Below are positions 20,440-30,340 of a stretch of DNA of 64,000 nt, piece after piece. The stretch lies in the IMG/VR virus record IMGVR_UViG_3300044613_002297. The stretch is one strand, 5' to 3'. The stretch is from an uncultured virus (IMG/VR IMGVR_UViG_3300044613_002297). Its lineage: Duplodnaviria > Heunggongvirae > Uroviricota > Caudoviricetes. A model generated the notes under the pieces. That model was not told the origin of the DNA, searched no databases, and saw only the letters and a program-made list of their open reading frames with translations. Every line of letters starts with the position of its first letter. Position 1 is the first letter of the stretch. Made by a program: the position numbers and the translations under genes.

Positions 20440-21810
20440 GTGGACAAGATCAAGGCACTGCTCGACGAACTCGCCGCTGTCGTCGCCGAGATGGAAGCGA
20501 TGAGCGAGACCCCGGCTGAGGACGGCGCTGAGCCGATGACCGAGGAGCAGGAGGCTTCGCTCCGCTCGCTCGAAACCCGTGCCGACAAGCTCCGCGAGCA
20601 GATCGAGTTCCTGCAGCGCGTGCAGGCGAAGGAGCTCGAACTGCGTGCCGTTCTGGAGCGTGGTGCCCCTGCCAAGGCGGTCGAGAAGGCTGCCGTCACC
20701 GAGGAGAGCCCCGTGGAGAAGCGAACCGTCCCCGCGATCCCCGTGTCGCACGGACCGCTCAAGGCGTTCCGTAGCGCCGAGTCGGCGTACCGCGCTGGTA
20801 TGCACCTGCGTGGCTACGTGTTCGGCGACGCCGAGGCCCGTCGGTGGTGCGTCGATCACGGCGTCGAGAGCCGCGCCCAGGCGGGCGGCGTCAACTCGCT
20901 CGGCGGCGTCCTGACCAGCCCCGAGCTCAGCAACGAGATCATCCGGCTCGTCGAGGAGTACGGTGTCTATCCGCAGTTCGCTCGTCGCATCCCGATGAAC
21001 AGCGACACCCTCGTGATCGCTCGTCGCACCGGTGGGCTCGCCGCCCGTCCGGTCGGCGAGAACGCCGAGGTGCTGACCTCCGACGTGACGTTCGACAACG
21101 TCGAGCTCAATGCGAAGATTTGGGGCGTCGCAAATCGCACCCCGAACTCGCTGCTCGAAGACTCGGTCATCGACCTCGCCGACCTCATGGCGGTCGAGAT
21201 CGCCCAGGCGTTCGCCGAGGCGGTGGACAACGCGGGCTTCGTCGGTGATGGAACCTCGACCTACCACGGTGTCGAGGGCATCACGAAGAAAATCGTCAAG
21301 GCTGCTCACTCGGCGTCGGTCGTCAGCACGACCGCTGGCACCGAGGACACCTACGGTGAACTGACGATGAAGAACTTCACCGACATGGTCGCCAAGCTCC
21401 CGACGTACGCGCGTAGGTCGGCCCGTTTCTTCATCAGTCCCGCTGGCTGGGGCTCGGCGATGCTTCGGCTCGCGATGCTCCCCGGTGGTGCGAGCGGCCC
21501 TGGCGGAAACTCGTCCAGCGACGTGGCCGCCGGGTTCGGCGAGCGGTTCCTCGGATACCCCGTCACGCTGGTCTCAAGCATGCACTCCTCGCTCGATGAT
21601 TCGAGCGGCGAGGTGGCGTGCCTCTTCGGCGACCTCTCGCAGGCCGCCGTCTACGGCGAGCGTCGGGCGATCCAGATCCGCACGTCTGCGGACCGCTGGA
21701 TGGAGTATGACCAGACCCTCACGTTCGCTTCGACTCGCAACGCGATCGTCGTGTCTGACGTGGGATCGACCACGAAGGCCGGTCCCGTCGTGGCTCTCAA
21801 GTTCGGCTGA
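20440..21810 (+). CDS. Major capsid protein (HK97 fold)
   Basis: N-terminal coiled-coil delta domain, GG.L, VGEN, GDGT, LGYPV and FGD motifs; AAGGAG RBS. Confidence 0.95.
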   Translation: MDKIKALLDELAAVVAEMEAMSETPAEDGAEPMTEEQEASLRSLETRADKLREQIEFLQRVQAKELELRAVLERGAPAKAVEKAAVTEESPVEKRTVPAIPVSHGPLKAFRSAESAYRAGMHLRGYVFGDAEARRWCVDHGVESRAQAGGVNSLGGVLTSPELSNEIIRLVEEYGVYPQFARRIPMNSDTLVIARRTGGLAARPVGENAEVLTSDVTFDNVELNAKIWGVANRTPNSLLEDSVIDLADLMAVEIAQAFAEAVDNAGFVGDGTSTYHGVEGITKKIVKAAHSASVVSTTAGTEDTYGELTMKNFTDMVAKLPTYARRSARFFISPAGWGSAMLRLAMLPGGASGPGGNSSSDVAAGFGERFLGYPVTLVSSMHSSLDDSSGEVACLFGDLSQAAVYGERRAIQIRTSADRWMEYDQTLTFASTRNAIVVSDVGSTTKAGPVVALKFG

Positions 21811-21851
21811 TCCGACTGACTGACTCTCAACCCTCCGAGGAGATCTAGACA

Positions 21852-22301
21852 GTGAACCATCTCGAAGCGACGAAGAGCGTCGTCGGTCACACCGAGAACC
21901 TGACTGCGGCGCAGACCCACACGCTGGTGATCGACCGTCTCGGCTACGAGTACGTGTCGCTCGACGTGGGGCAGGAGCCGTGGGCGAACGCGGGCTTTAC
22001 CTCGCAGGCGTCCTTCACGGTGCTGAAGCTGTCCGAGTCGGACGACAACTCGTCCTACTCCGACGTGACGGCGTTCGTCGGTGGCGGCACCGGCGGATTC
22101 ACGATCCCGACGCCGACCGCCACCGCTGGTGACGTGGTCGTGCGGATGGACGTGGACTGCCGTGGCAAGAAGCGCTACCTCAAGGTCACCGCCACTCCCT
22201 ACACGACCGGCACCGTCTACACGGTCGCCCGGCTCGGCAAGGGCGTCGATGGCCCGGTCAGCGCCTCCGCGAAGGGCGTCAACGCCACGGTCAGCGGCTG
22301 A
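21852..22301 (+). CDS. Capsid decoration/cement-like protein
   Basis: Follows the capsid gene; IDR.GY...L.ESDD...KRYL pattern. Confidence 0.6.
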   Translation: MNHLEATKSVVGHTENLTAAQTHTLVIDRLGYEYVSLDVGQEPWANAGFTSQASFTVLKLSESDDNSSYSDVTAFVGGGTGGFTIPTPTATAGDVVVRMDVDCRGKKRYLKVTATPYTTGTVYTVARLGKGVDGPVSASAKGVNATVSG

Positions 22302-22328
22302 TCGACTTGACACGACCGACACAGTGAG

Positions 22329-22362
22329 CGGCGGGTGGCGACGAGCTGCCCGCCGTTTCGCT
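22329..22362 (+). terminator. Hairpin after the capsid genes
   Basis: CGGCGGG...CCCGCCG stem followed by TTTCGCTTT. Confidence 0.5.
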
Positions 22363-22376
22363 TTGGAGGGTGACGC

Positions 22377-23111
22377 GTGATCGTGCAGGTCGGCGATACG
22401 TCGGTCGAGGTTCGTGCCGAGGCGGTGCTGTCGGCTCCACGTTTCGGACCGCTCACGAACGTGTTCGCGTTCATCGAAAGCCTCATGCCGCTGCACATCC
22501 GCCCGACGCTAGGGCAGGGAGCGTTCTGGGCACAGGTGCTCACCCGGATGCTCGAAGAGTTCGCCCCGACGACCGAGTACATCATCACGCTCGACTACGA
22601 CACGTTCGTGACCCGCTCAGACATCGAGCGTCTCTTCGCGATCGCCATGACCTGCCAGTGCGACGCGCTCGCCCCGATCCAGGCGAAGCGCGAGGACGGG
22701 CGTCCGATGCTCACGCTTCTTGACACGATGGACGACCCGCCAGCCGACGGCAAAACCGAACTCCCGCTGTCATGGTTTGCCGAGCCTGTGCAGCAGGTGG
22801 ATACGGCGCACTTCGGTTGCACGATCATCAGCACCAGGGCGCTCAGGCGAACGCTGAAGCCGTGGTTTCACAGCAAGCCCGACGCCGAGGGCGGCTGGGG
22901 CGACGGGCGGGTCGATGATGATCTGTGGTTCTGGTCGCAGTTCAAGAAGTCGGGCAACCGCCTCTTCATCACGCCCCGCGTCGTGATCGGTCACGGCGAA
23001 TACGTCATCTCGTGGCCGAGCCGGGATTTCACGGGGCCGGTGTTCCAGCATACGACCGCGTGGCAGCGAACAAAGAAGCCGCCCGAAACTGCATGGAGGG
23101 TCGGCGAGTGA
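22377..23111 (+). CDS. GT-A-like protein within the head operon
   Basis: ITLDYD (DxD), HFGCTII, DDDLWF and IGH motifs. Confidence 0.6.
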   Translation: MIVQVGDTSVEVRAEAVLSAPRFGPLTNVFAFIESLMPLHIRPTLGQGAFWAQVLTRMLEEFAPTTEYIITLDYDTFVTRSDIERLFAIAMTCQCDALAPIQAKREDGRPMLTLLDTMDDPPADGKTELPLSWFAEPVQQVDTAHFGCTIISTRALRRTLKPWFHSKPDAEGGWGDGRVDDDLWFWSQFKKSGNRLFITPRVVIGHGEYVISWPSRDFTGPVFQHTTAWQRTKKPPETAWRVGE

Positions 23112-23320
23112 CGACAATCAGAGTGCGGATGAATCGCGCCTACGGTGCCTACAAGGCGGGCGAGCTCGTCGAGGTGGACGAGTCCTTCGCCGCGAGGCTC
23201 TGCGCGTGGGGCTACGCGAAACGGGAGACGCAGCAATCGCTGATCGAGACGGCAGCAGTGGAACCGGTCGCGGAGCGAGCAGACGTGACGCCACGACGCA
23301 GGGGGCGACGCCATGAATGA
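23108..23320 (+). CDS. Small head-associated protein
   Basis: YKAGELVEV...A..L...GYA pattern common after HK97 capsids. Confidence 0.6.
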   Translation: MTTIRVRMNRAYGAYKAGELVEVDESFAARLCAWGYAKRETQQSLIETAAVEPVAERADVTPRRRGRRHE

Positions 23321-23924
23321 CGGCAAGCGGTATCGGTCGCTCAAGGTCGCCACGCAGCCGGTCGTCGAGCCGGTGAGCGTCGCCGACGCCAAGGCTCACA
23401 TCCGCGTCGATCACAACACCGACGACGCCTACATCGCTGCGCTCATCTCGGCGGCTCGCGAGTATTGCGAGGTCTACATGGACGAGACGCTCGTGGACAC
23501 GCAGTACGTGATGCGGCTCGATGCGTTTCCGGCGGTGATCGAGTTGCCACGCCCGCCGATGAGCCAGACCACCGGACGCACGGCGGTGTCGATCGTCTAC
23601 ACCGCGAGCGAGGCGGGCAACACGGCGACGCTCTCGACGACCGAGTACCGCGTCGATCGGGACGCGAAGCCCGGCACGCTGCGGACGCTCTACGGCGGAT
23701 CGTGGCCGAGCCACCTGCTCGACTACGGCAGCGTCACGGTCACGTGGTGGGGCGGGCGTGGCGACGACGGCAGTAAGGTCTCGCCCCGCGTCAAGGCGGC
23801 AATCCTCATGCTCGTCGGGCAGTGGTATGAGCGACGCATGGCGGCCGACTCCGTGTCGCTCTCCGAGATGCCGTTCGGCGTGAAGGCGTTGCTCGACAGC
23901 GTGAAGTGGGGGAGCTACACGTGA
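23313..23924 (+). CDS. Head-tail connector
   Basis: EPVSVADAKAHIRVD...DDAYI..LI.AARE and AILMLVGQWYERR motifs. Confidence 0.9.
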   Translation: MNDGKRYRSLKVATQPVVEPVSVADAKAHIRVDHNTDDAYIAALISAAREYCEVYMDETLVDTQYVMRLDAFPAVIELPRPPMSQTTGRTAVSIVYTASEAGNTATLSTTEYRVDRDAKPGTLRTLYGGSWPSHLLDYGSVTVTWWGGRGDDGSKVSPRVKAAILMLVGQWYERRMAADSVSLSEMPFGVKALLDSVKWGSYT

Positions 23925-24334
23925 CCGGACGCATCATCGTCGATTCGCAGTTCACCGACACGGCGTCGTCCACGGGCGTGTCCTCGACGAAGGTCGTGGC
24001 GCTCCAGACCTCGAACGAGTACACGTCTGGCAAGGTCGCCGTCGTCTCTGGTACGTGCGGCACGTCAGCCGTGACGATCACGCTCGCCTCGCCTGGGTAC
24101 ACGGCGGCGTCGGGCTCTGCCGTATCGTTCTCGTCGGTCTCTCGGATCGTGTTCTCGGCGACCGGCGCAACGCTCGTGAAGTGCGTCGGCGGTGCCACGG
24201 GCAAGCCGCTCGTGATGTCGCGTGCCGAACAGGGGGCCGTCTCCGAGGTCGGTGCGACCGAGACTTCGCTCCAGGTGAGCGTGGACGCAACCGCTGGCAC
24301 GTCGTCCTACACGCTGGTGATGTATGGCGATTGA
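23921..24334 (+). CDS. Structural hypothetical protein
   Basis: Ser/Thr-rich ORF coupled to its neighbours in the neck operon. Confidence 0.6.
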   Translation: MTGRIIVDSQFTDTASSTGVSSTKVVALQTSNEYTSGKVAVVSGTCGTSAVTITLASPGYTAASGSAVSFSSVSRIVFSATGATLVKCVGGATGKPLVMSRAEQGAVSEVGATETSLQVSVDATAGTSSYTLVMYGD

Positions 24335-24647
24335 TCCGGGTCGGCTCCGCGAGCGAGTCACGATTCAGAGTGCGACCGAGGCTCGCAACTCGATCGGCGA
24401 GGTCGTGCAGACGTGGGGCACGTTCGCCGAAGTGTGGGCGAGCGTGGACGGGCTGTCAGGCCGCGAGGTGCTTCAGTCTGGTCAACAGCAGACCGAGGTG
24501 ACGCACCGCGTGCGGATGCGATACGTGACCGGGCTGACACAGCGGCATCGGCTTTCGTGGCTTGGTCGGATTCTGGAGATCACGAGCCTGCTCGAACACA
24601 ACAACCGCACCGAGCACGAGCTCCTGTGCGTGGAGGCGATCGACTGA
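24324..24647 (+). CDS. Head closure (SPP1 gp16-like) protein
   Basis: GRLRERVTIQ...W.TFAEVWA...GRE pattern. Confidence 0.88.
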   Translation: MAIDPGRLRERVTIQSATEARNSIGEVVQTWGTFAEVWASVDGLSGREVLQSGQQQTEVTHRVRMRYVTGLTQRHRLSWLGRILEITSLLEHNNRTEHELLCVEAID

Positions 24648-25426
24648 TGGCGACCGCAGGAATCACGATCACGGCAGAGATCGCCGGGCTGGAAGAGCTC
24701 CAGAAAGATCTCAGCACGATCTTCAAGCCAGAACAAAAGGCGAAGATCATCGAGGACGCGATGAAGAAGGCTTTGGCTCCTGCGCTGGAGCGGCTCAAGG
24801 CGAATACGCCGGTCGGCCCAACGGGAAACCTGTTTCGGGCTGCGACGATCAAAGTCGTGCCATACAGGCGTGACGGCAACGCCGCCGGACTGCTCGGCTA
24901 CACCCGTGCCGACAGGGAGAAGTCGCAGTCTGCGCAAGGCGGCAAGAGGCGTCGAGGCAAGGATCTTGCCTACCACCAGTACTGGCTTGAAGAAGGCACC
25001 GACGACAGCACGATCAGCAAACTCTCGAACACAGCGTACGTCCGAAAGTCGCACGTCAGGCGTAACCGCAGCGGCAGCGTCACGACCGTCAAGGCCCACG
25101 ATGTCAGCGGGCAGAACGCCTACTACGCTTCGAGCTTCAACAAGCTCGGTCCTTTCAGGTTGAAGCCGACGCAGCGTCCACGGAGAGGCGGCGGCAAGCA
25201 GGAAGTGCAGACCGACCCGGCATCGCCGCAAGCGTTCTTCAAGCGATCCGCTACGCCGATCACGATCAAGGGGATGCGGGCTGGCGGAAGGTCGGGACAA
25301 CCGCCGCTGAAAACGACGTGGGATCAGACCTCGACCACGGTCGCCGAGATCCTCCAGCGTGAGTTGCGGATCTCGCTGGAGCGTGCCCTGAGCACGCTGA
25401 CCCGCTCGGCCACGGGGAACCTGTGA
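24647..25426 (+). CDS. HK97 gp10-like neck protein
   Basis: I.GLEEL...TPVGPTGNL...LEEGT pattern and synteny. Confidence 0.72.
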   Translation: MATAGITITAEIAGLEELQKDLSTIFKPEQKAKIIEDAMKKALAPALERLKANTPVGPTGNLFRAATIKVVPYRRDGNAAGLLGYTRADREKSQSAQGGKRRRGKDLAYHQYWLEEGTDDSTISKLSNTAYVRKSHVRRNRSGSVTTVKAHDVSGQNAYYASSFNKLGPFRLKPTQRPRRGGGKQEVQTDPASPQAFFKRSATPITIKGMRAGGRSGQPPLKTTWDQTSTTVAEILQRELRISLERALSTLTRSATGNL

Positions 25427-25848
25427 TGGCATTCAAGTCACCCGAAAAAGCCGTCGCCGACGCCCTGCTCGCTGACGCGACGGTGGCCGCGATCCTCGGC
25501 ACCCGCATCTACCCGGTCCTCGCCCCCGCCTCGGCGGCTCTCCCGCTGGCGACGTGGCGGCGTCAGGCGGTCACCCGCGAGATGACGCTGGGCAATACCC
25601 GTGGCGGGCTGCCGGTCGTGACGCTCGCTCTGGAGCTCTACGCCGAGACCTATGAGGCGGTGCGGGAACTGGCCGACGCCTGCCGGTCGAAACTGGATGG
25701 GTGGGGGACCGCCGTGGCATCCTCAGTATCAGTGCGGCACGTCGCGCTCCAGAACGAGCAGGACGGGTTCGTGCAGTTGGCAGGTGGCGACCTGCCTCCG
25801 GTGTTTTCGGTGACGCAAACGTACACGATCCTCTGGCAGGAGACTTGA
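25423..25848 (+). CDS. Tail terminator (DUF3168-like)
   Basis: LGTRIYP..AP pattern and synteny. Confidence 0.75.
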   Translation: MMAFKSPEKAVADALLADATVAAILGTRIYPVLAPASAALPLATWRRQAVTREMTLGNTRGGLPVVTLALELYAETYEAVRELADACRSKLDGWGTAVASSVSVRHVALQNEQDGFVQLAGGDLPPVFSVTQTYTILWQET

Positions 25849-25850
25849 CG

Positions 25851-26252
25851 ATGCCCGATCCCTCGACGCCTCATGACGGTGCCGGAACGGTGTTGAACCT
25901 CTTCGGCACCGTCTACACGGTGACGAACATCGTGATCTCGAACACGAACCCCGGTGCCGCCGCCGAGGCGACCGTGGACGTGGGGCATCTCGGCCAGACG
26001 ACCGGCGAGACGCTCGCGACGCTGAGCCGTCCGCTCGTGATCCCTGCCGACGACGGCGGCACGGGTCGCTCGGTCACGTTCGACTACCTCGGGAAAACCA
26101 TCATCCTCGACGCGGCGACGGGCACGATCACGATCACGACCGGCGGCACTACGCTGATCAACGGCAAGGCCGCCACCGTGTCGTCGAGCACGCTGACGCT
26201 CGCGACGAACGATGCGATCCGTGGTCAGGCGACGATCACCGTGGCTCGCTGA
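25851..26252 (+). CDS. Putative tail tube protein
   Basis: Thr-rich beta protein between the terminator and chaperone genes. Confidence 0.6.
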   Translation: MPDPSTPHDGAGTVLNLFGTVYTVTNIVISNTNPGAAAEATVDVGHLGQTTGETLATLSRPLVIPADDGGTGRSVTFDYLGKTIILDAATGTITITTGGTTLINGKAATVSSSTLTLATNDAIRGQATITVAR

Positions 26253-26270
26253 CCGTGACGGAGGTCCGTC

Positions 26271-26648
26271 ATGGCTACGCGAGTCTCGGGAGTTGCTGTC
26301 ACGTGGGGCGGCACCGCCGTCCAGCAGGTCAGTAGCGTCACGCTCGATCTCGTCCGTGATATGCCTGCCGCTCGCACGGCCCGGTGGACCCTCGACCTGG
26401 GCGAGGTCACGCTGCCTGCGTTCACCCGCACGGCGGTGCCTGAGAGCCAGTACGGCGTGCGGGCTCGTCTCACCGTGACGGCGCAGGACGACCAAGGCAC
26501 CGCCACTTCGAGCACGTTCACAGTGTTCGATGCGGACTGCGTCTACCTCGGTGCCGAGGTCCGTGGCGAGCTCAACGGCGTCTGGCAATTTGACCACCGG
26601 TTCAAAGTCATGGATACGGTCGGCGTGACCGCTACGTATCCATCGTGA
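26271..26648 (+). CDS. Tail protein
   Basis: GGAGG RBS; position in the tail operon. Confidence 0.6.
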   Translation: MATRVSGVAVTWGGTAVQQVSSVTLDLVRDMPAARTARWTLDLGEVTLPAFTRTAVPESQYGVRARLTVTAQDDQGTATSSTFTVFDADCVYLGAEVRGELNGVWQFDHRFKVMDTVGVTATYPS

Positions 26649-26660
26649 GGTGAGTGACAC

Positions 26661-27011
26661 ATGGCGACACTGACGGCAGAGCAGATTCTCGCATCGAACG
26701 ACGCAGGGCTCATGGGGCCGATCACCGTGCCCGAGTGGGGCGGCGACGTGTACATCCGCGTGATGAGCGTCGGAGAGCGTGACTCATATGAGCGGTTGTG
26801 GATCGGGAAGAAAGATTCCGGCATCGAGAACTTCCGCTCCGAGTACCTCGCCCGCTGCCTCTGCAATGAGAAGGGCGAATTGCTCTTCACCCGCACCCAG
26901 GTCGTCGCGCTGGCAAGCCGCAGCGGCGCGGTCGTCGGTCGCCTCTTCGACTCGGCCCTCAAGCACAACAACATGACGGAGGCCGATGTCGAGCAGCTCG
27001 CAAAAAACTGA
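26661..27011 (+). CDS. Tail assembly chaperone (gpG-like)
   Basis: VPEWGGDV.IR.M...ERD pattern; ends in the slippery GCA AAA AAC TGA. Confidence 0.85.
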   Translation: MATLTAEQILASNDAGLMGPITVPEWGGDVYIRVMSVGERDSYERLWIGKKDSGIENFRSEYLARCLCNEKGELLFTRTQVVALASRSGAVVGRLFDSALKHNNMTEADVEQLAKN

Positions 27012-27328
27012 ACGCCTCGCCATCGCGGAGGTTCCTCTTCGCGCTGGCGGGGCATCTGCGAATGACCGTTCGCGAGTTGTGCGAGCGGATGGATTCGCGG
27101 GAGTTGAGCGAGTGGATGGCATACACGAGGTACTTCGTTCCGCTGTCCGACCCGTGGCTCCAGACAGGACTGCTCGCCTCGATCGCCATGGCACCGTACA
27201 CCGATCCGAAAAGAGGCAAGCCGCCGACCGCAGAGGATTTCATTCCGAAGGCTCGGCCACCGCAGCACGAGTCGCAGGACCGCGAGGCGATCCTTCGGCT
27301 ACGGCGTGACATGGGGATTGTGGACTGA
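27002..27328 (+). CDS. Tail chaperone gpGT extension via -1 frameshift
   Basis: A AAA AAC heptamer at 27002-27008; the -1 frame is open (LNASPSRRFLFALAGHLRMTVREL...) to 27328. Confidence 0.8.
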   Translation, partial: KKLNASPSRRFLFALAGHLRMTVRELCERMDSRELSEWMAYTRYFVPLSDPWLQTGLLASIAMAPYTDPKRGKPPTAEDFIPKARPPQHESQDREAILRLRRDMGIVD

Positions 27329-27331
27329 ACC

Positions 27332-30300
27332 ATGGCAAACATCCTCGGGCTTGCCCTCAAGATCAGTGCGGACTCGACGCAACTGAAGCTCGATCCGGTC
27401 GAGCGTGCGCTGCAAACTCTCGGCAAGGAAGCCGACAAGGTCACGAAGATTTTCGAAGAGTTCGCCTCCACAAGCGAGGCCGCCGCCAAGGCGCAGGACT
27501 CTACGGCGAAGGCACTGCAAGACCTCACGGCTGCAAGGCGAGCCGGAACGATTTCCGCCGAGCAGTTCGCCAAGTCATTCGAGGACGTTCGCAACGCCGC
27601 GACCGAGGAGGCGACAGCGCTGCGTCGCGCCGCTCAGATCACTGAGCAAAACATAACTCCGCTCCAGAAGTATGAGCGTGCGGTTGCAGAACTACGAGAG
27701 CAGGTGGCTGCGGGAAGGATCTCGCAGGACACGTTCAACCGCGCGATGCAGGTCGCCAGAGCGGACCTCGACCGCACATCGCAGTCAGCCAAGGGCACGA
27801 GCACGCAACTCGAAGGCATCTCGCGTCAACTCACAGCCATCTCCCGGCTCCAGATCGGGCGTGCAATCGTCGATGGGTTTCAGGTGCTGTCCGGCGCTGT
27901 GCGTAGTGCGACCAGCCAGATCAGCGGCATCGTGTCGAGCGTGTCCACGTCGCTCGATTCGCTAAACGATCTCAGCAACCGGATCGACGTGCCGGTCCAA
28001 AAGCTCCAGGGACTCGGGCTCGCTGCGAAGCTCTCGGGCGTTGACACGGAGCAGTTCGCCACGGCGGTGACGCGGCTCGGCGTGTCGATCGGCAAGGCTG
28101 ATCCAGGCGGTGCGTTCGACAAGACGCTCCGTTCGGTAGGCGTCTCGCTCGCCGAGATTCGCGGGCTGCGGCCCGAGCAGCAGTTTGAGGCGATCTCGGC
28201 GGCGATCGGTGCGTTGCCGACATCGGCAGACCGTGCCGCCGCTGCGGTTGAAATCTTCGGCAAGCAGGGTGCCGCTCTCGTCCCGCTGTTCAAGGAGGGC
28301 GCTGCAAGCGTCGAGGAGCTCACGGCGAGAGCCGAGCGTCTCGGGATCATCGTGAGCGAGGACCAAGTCGCCAACATCGCCGAGATGAATGACGCTTTCG
28401 ACCTCGTGAGTGCGACCGTCGAAGGCATCATCGGTCAGGTGACAGGAAATCTCGCGCCAGTCGTCACCGCGATCGCCGATGAGTTTCTCGCGTTTGTCGA
28501 GTCGTTCTCTGGTGCGAATGGAGAAGGCGGAACGGCGATCGCCGATGCGATCACCGACACGCTGCTCAACGGTGCCGAGTTCCTCGCGGGCGTGTTTGAC
28601 TCGTTCGTGTCGCAGTTCGGCGACCTGTCCACGGTGCTCGTCGATGCCGCTGCTGTTTTTCAGGCGACCGGCGAAGTGTTCACGATTGTCTACGAAGGAC
28701 TGCGCGCGGCGTTCAATGCGTTCGAGATTGCGGGCAACTCTCTCGCCCTTGCTCTTGGCAAGGCGCTCGAAGCGATTGGATCGTATCTCAACTCGGACCT
28801 CGAAGCGTTCGGGCGTGACTTGGTTGCAGCGAGCCAGGCGGCACTCGATCAGAACGCGCAGGAACTGATCGACGCAGCGTCTAGTGTCGGCGACGCCACC
28901 GATCGGTTGCTCAATGGAACCGACGGCGACGCTGCGGCGGCAGGCCCGGCCGAGCAGTTTATCGAGGGCATGAGGAGCCGGATCGAGCAAGCTCGCTCTC
29001 CAGAGTTCAAGGTCAACACGAACATCGACAAGACACGCGAGGCATTCGACGAGTTTTTCAACGGCATCGTTGATGAGTCCAGCCGGGTGACAGGCTTGAT
29101 GCGTGAGTTCGAGGCGGCCGTTGCTGCGGCGCAAGAGGACGGCGAGCTCACGGCAGACGAGATCGCTCGCATCAACGAACTGCAAGGGGGCGTCAACGCG
29201 GCGATTCAGCAGGAGCTCGCCCTGCGTACCGAGGCGGTGACGGCTGCTCGCGAGCAGGCTGACGCCGACGCCAAGCGAATCGAGTCGCTGCTCAAGACAA
29301 CCGATGCAACACAGAAAATCATCGACGACCTGTCGGCCGTGGAGCGCGAGATCGCCCGCGTCCAGCAGGAGATCGCCGAGACCGGCACAGGCGACAGCGG
29401 TGCCGCACAGGGGCGGCTCGATGAACTGCGGGCGCTGCAGGGTCAACTCGACGAGCAACTGCAAGCCGCAGCCCAAGGGTTCGAGGGCGGCTTCGAGAAG
29501 GCTTTCGAGGCCGTGGGCGGCAACTTCAACCGTCTCGCCGAGCAGGCCGCACAGTTTGGCGAGGCTGGCAACGCAGCCGCCGCACGACTCCAAGATGGCA
29601 TCGCCGCCGCCCAAGAGCAGGCCCGCGACGGCATCCTCAACCGCGAGGCGTTTGAGGCCGAGGTCGCACGGCAGCAGCAGCTCTTCGAGCAGGAGATCGC
29701 GAACGTCAAGGCGGTCGCGGACGAGCGCAAGCGAGTCAACGACGCAGTCGATCAAGCGGTCAACCTCGCCCGGTTCGGCGGCGACCAGCAACGTCTCGCG
29801 GCGGCACAGCGAGTTGCGGAGTTCGAGCGCGAGATCATTCGCGTGCAACAAGAGGTGCAGGCGGCTCGGGCCGCTGGTGATCAAGTCGCGGTCAACGCTG
29901 GCATCCAGCGTCTCGGGCTGCTTGACCAAGTCGCCGCGAAAGAGCGTGACGTTGCCAGCGGCAGGCAGCAGTTGGAGCAGCAGATCGCCCAGCAGCGCGA
30001 GCAGTACCTGCAAGCTCTGAACGAGCAGCAGAAGAAGTCGGAGGAAGAGCAAAAGAAGTTCGCCGAGGAGCGGGCGAAGGCGATCGAAGCCGAGAACCAG
30101 CGTCAGGTCGCCCGCATCCGCGAGCTCAACACGCTCGGCTCGGGCGTCATCCAAGGCAACGACATCCGCACCGCCGAAGGCGCGGCGCTGTTCTTGAACC
30201 TCGCCGCGAATCAGCAAGACCCGGCGCTCATCGAGGCGCGGCTCCAGACGCGGCGGCTCACCGAACTACGTGACACGCTCGTGGCGATCTCGGCACAGTT

Positions 30301-30340
30301 TGCCGGTCCCGTCGTCCAGATTGGTGGAGGAGTCGGCTGA
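27332..30340 (+). CDS. Tape measure protein
   Basis: 1002-aa Ala/Gln-rich helical protein after the chaperones. Confidence 0.92.
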   Translation: MANILGLALKISADSTQLKLDPVERALQTLGKEADKVTKIFEEFASTSEAAAKAQDSTAKALQDLTAARRAGTISAEQFAKSFEDVRNAATEEATALRRAAQITEQNITPLQKYERAVAELREQVAAGRISQDTFNRAMQVARADLDRTSQSAKGTSTQLEGISRQLTAISRLQIGRAIVDGFQVLSGAVRSATSQISGIVSSVSTSLDSLNDLSNRIDVPVQKLQGLGLAAKLSGVDTEQFATAVTRLGVSIGKADPGGAFDKTLRSVGVSLAEIRGLRPEQQFEAISAAIGALPTSADRAAAAVEIFGKQGAALVPLFKEGAASVEELTARAERLGIIVSEDQVANIAEMNDAFDLVSATVEGIIGQVTGNLAPVVTAIADEFLAFVESFSGANGEGGTAIADAITDTLLNGAEFLAGVFDSFVSQFGDLSTVLVDAAAVFQATGEVFTIVYEGLRAAFNAFEIAGNSLALALGKALEAIGSYLNSDLEAFGRDLVAASQAALDQNAQELIDAASSVGDATDRLLNGTDGDAAAAGPAEQFIEGMRSRIEQARSPEFKVNTNIDKTREAFDEFFNGIVDESSRVTGLMREFEAAVAAAQEDGELTADEIARINELQGGVNAAIQQELALRTEAVTAAREQADADAKRIESLLKTTDATQKIIDDLSAVEREIARVQQEIAETGTGDSGAAQGRLDELRALQGQLDEQLQAAAQGFEGGFEKAFEAVGGNFNRLAEQAAQFGEAGNAAAARLQDGIAAAQEQARDGILNREAFEAEVARQQQLFEQEIANVKAVADERKRVNDAVDQAVNLARFGGDQQRLAAAQRVAEFEREIIRVQQEVQAARAAGDQVAVNAGIQRLGLLDQVAAKERDVASGRQQLEQQIAQQREQYLQALNEQQKKSEEEQKKFAEERAKAIEAENQRQVARIRELNTLGSGVIQGNDIRTAEGAALFLNLAANQQDPALIEARLQTRRLTELRDTLVAISAQFAGPVVQIGGGVG

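Noticed and set aside
27962..30217. 751-aa minus-strand ORF and similar long antisense ORFs
   Set aside because: These are shadow frames of high-GC + strand genes, with no recognisable motifs.
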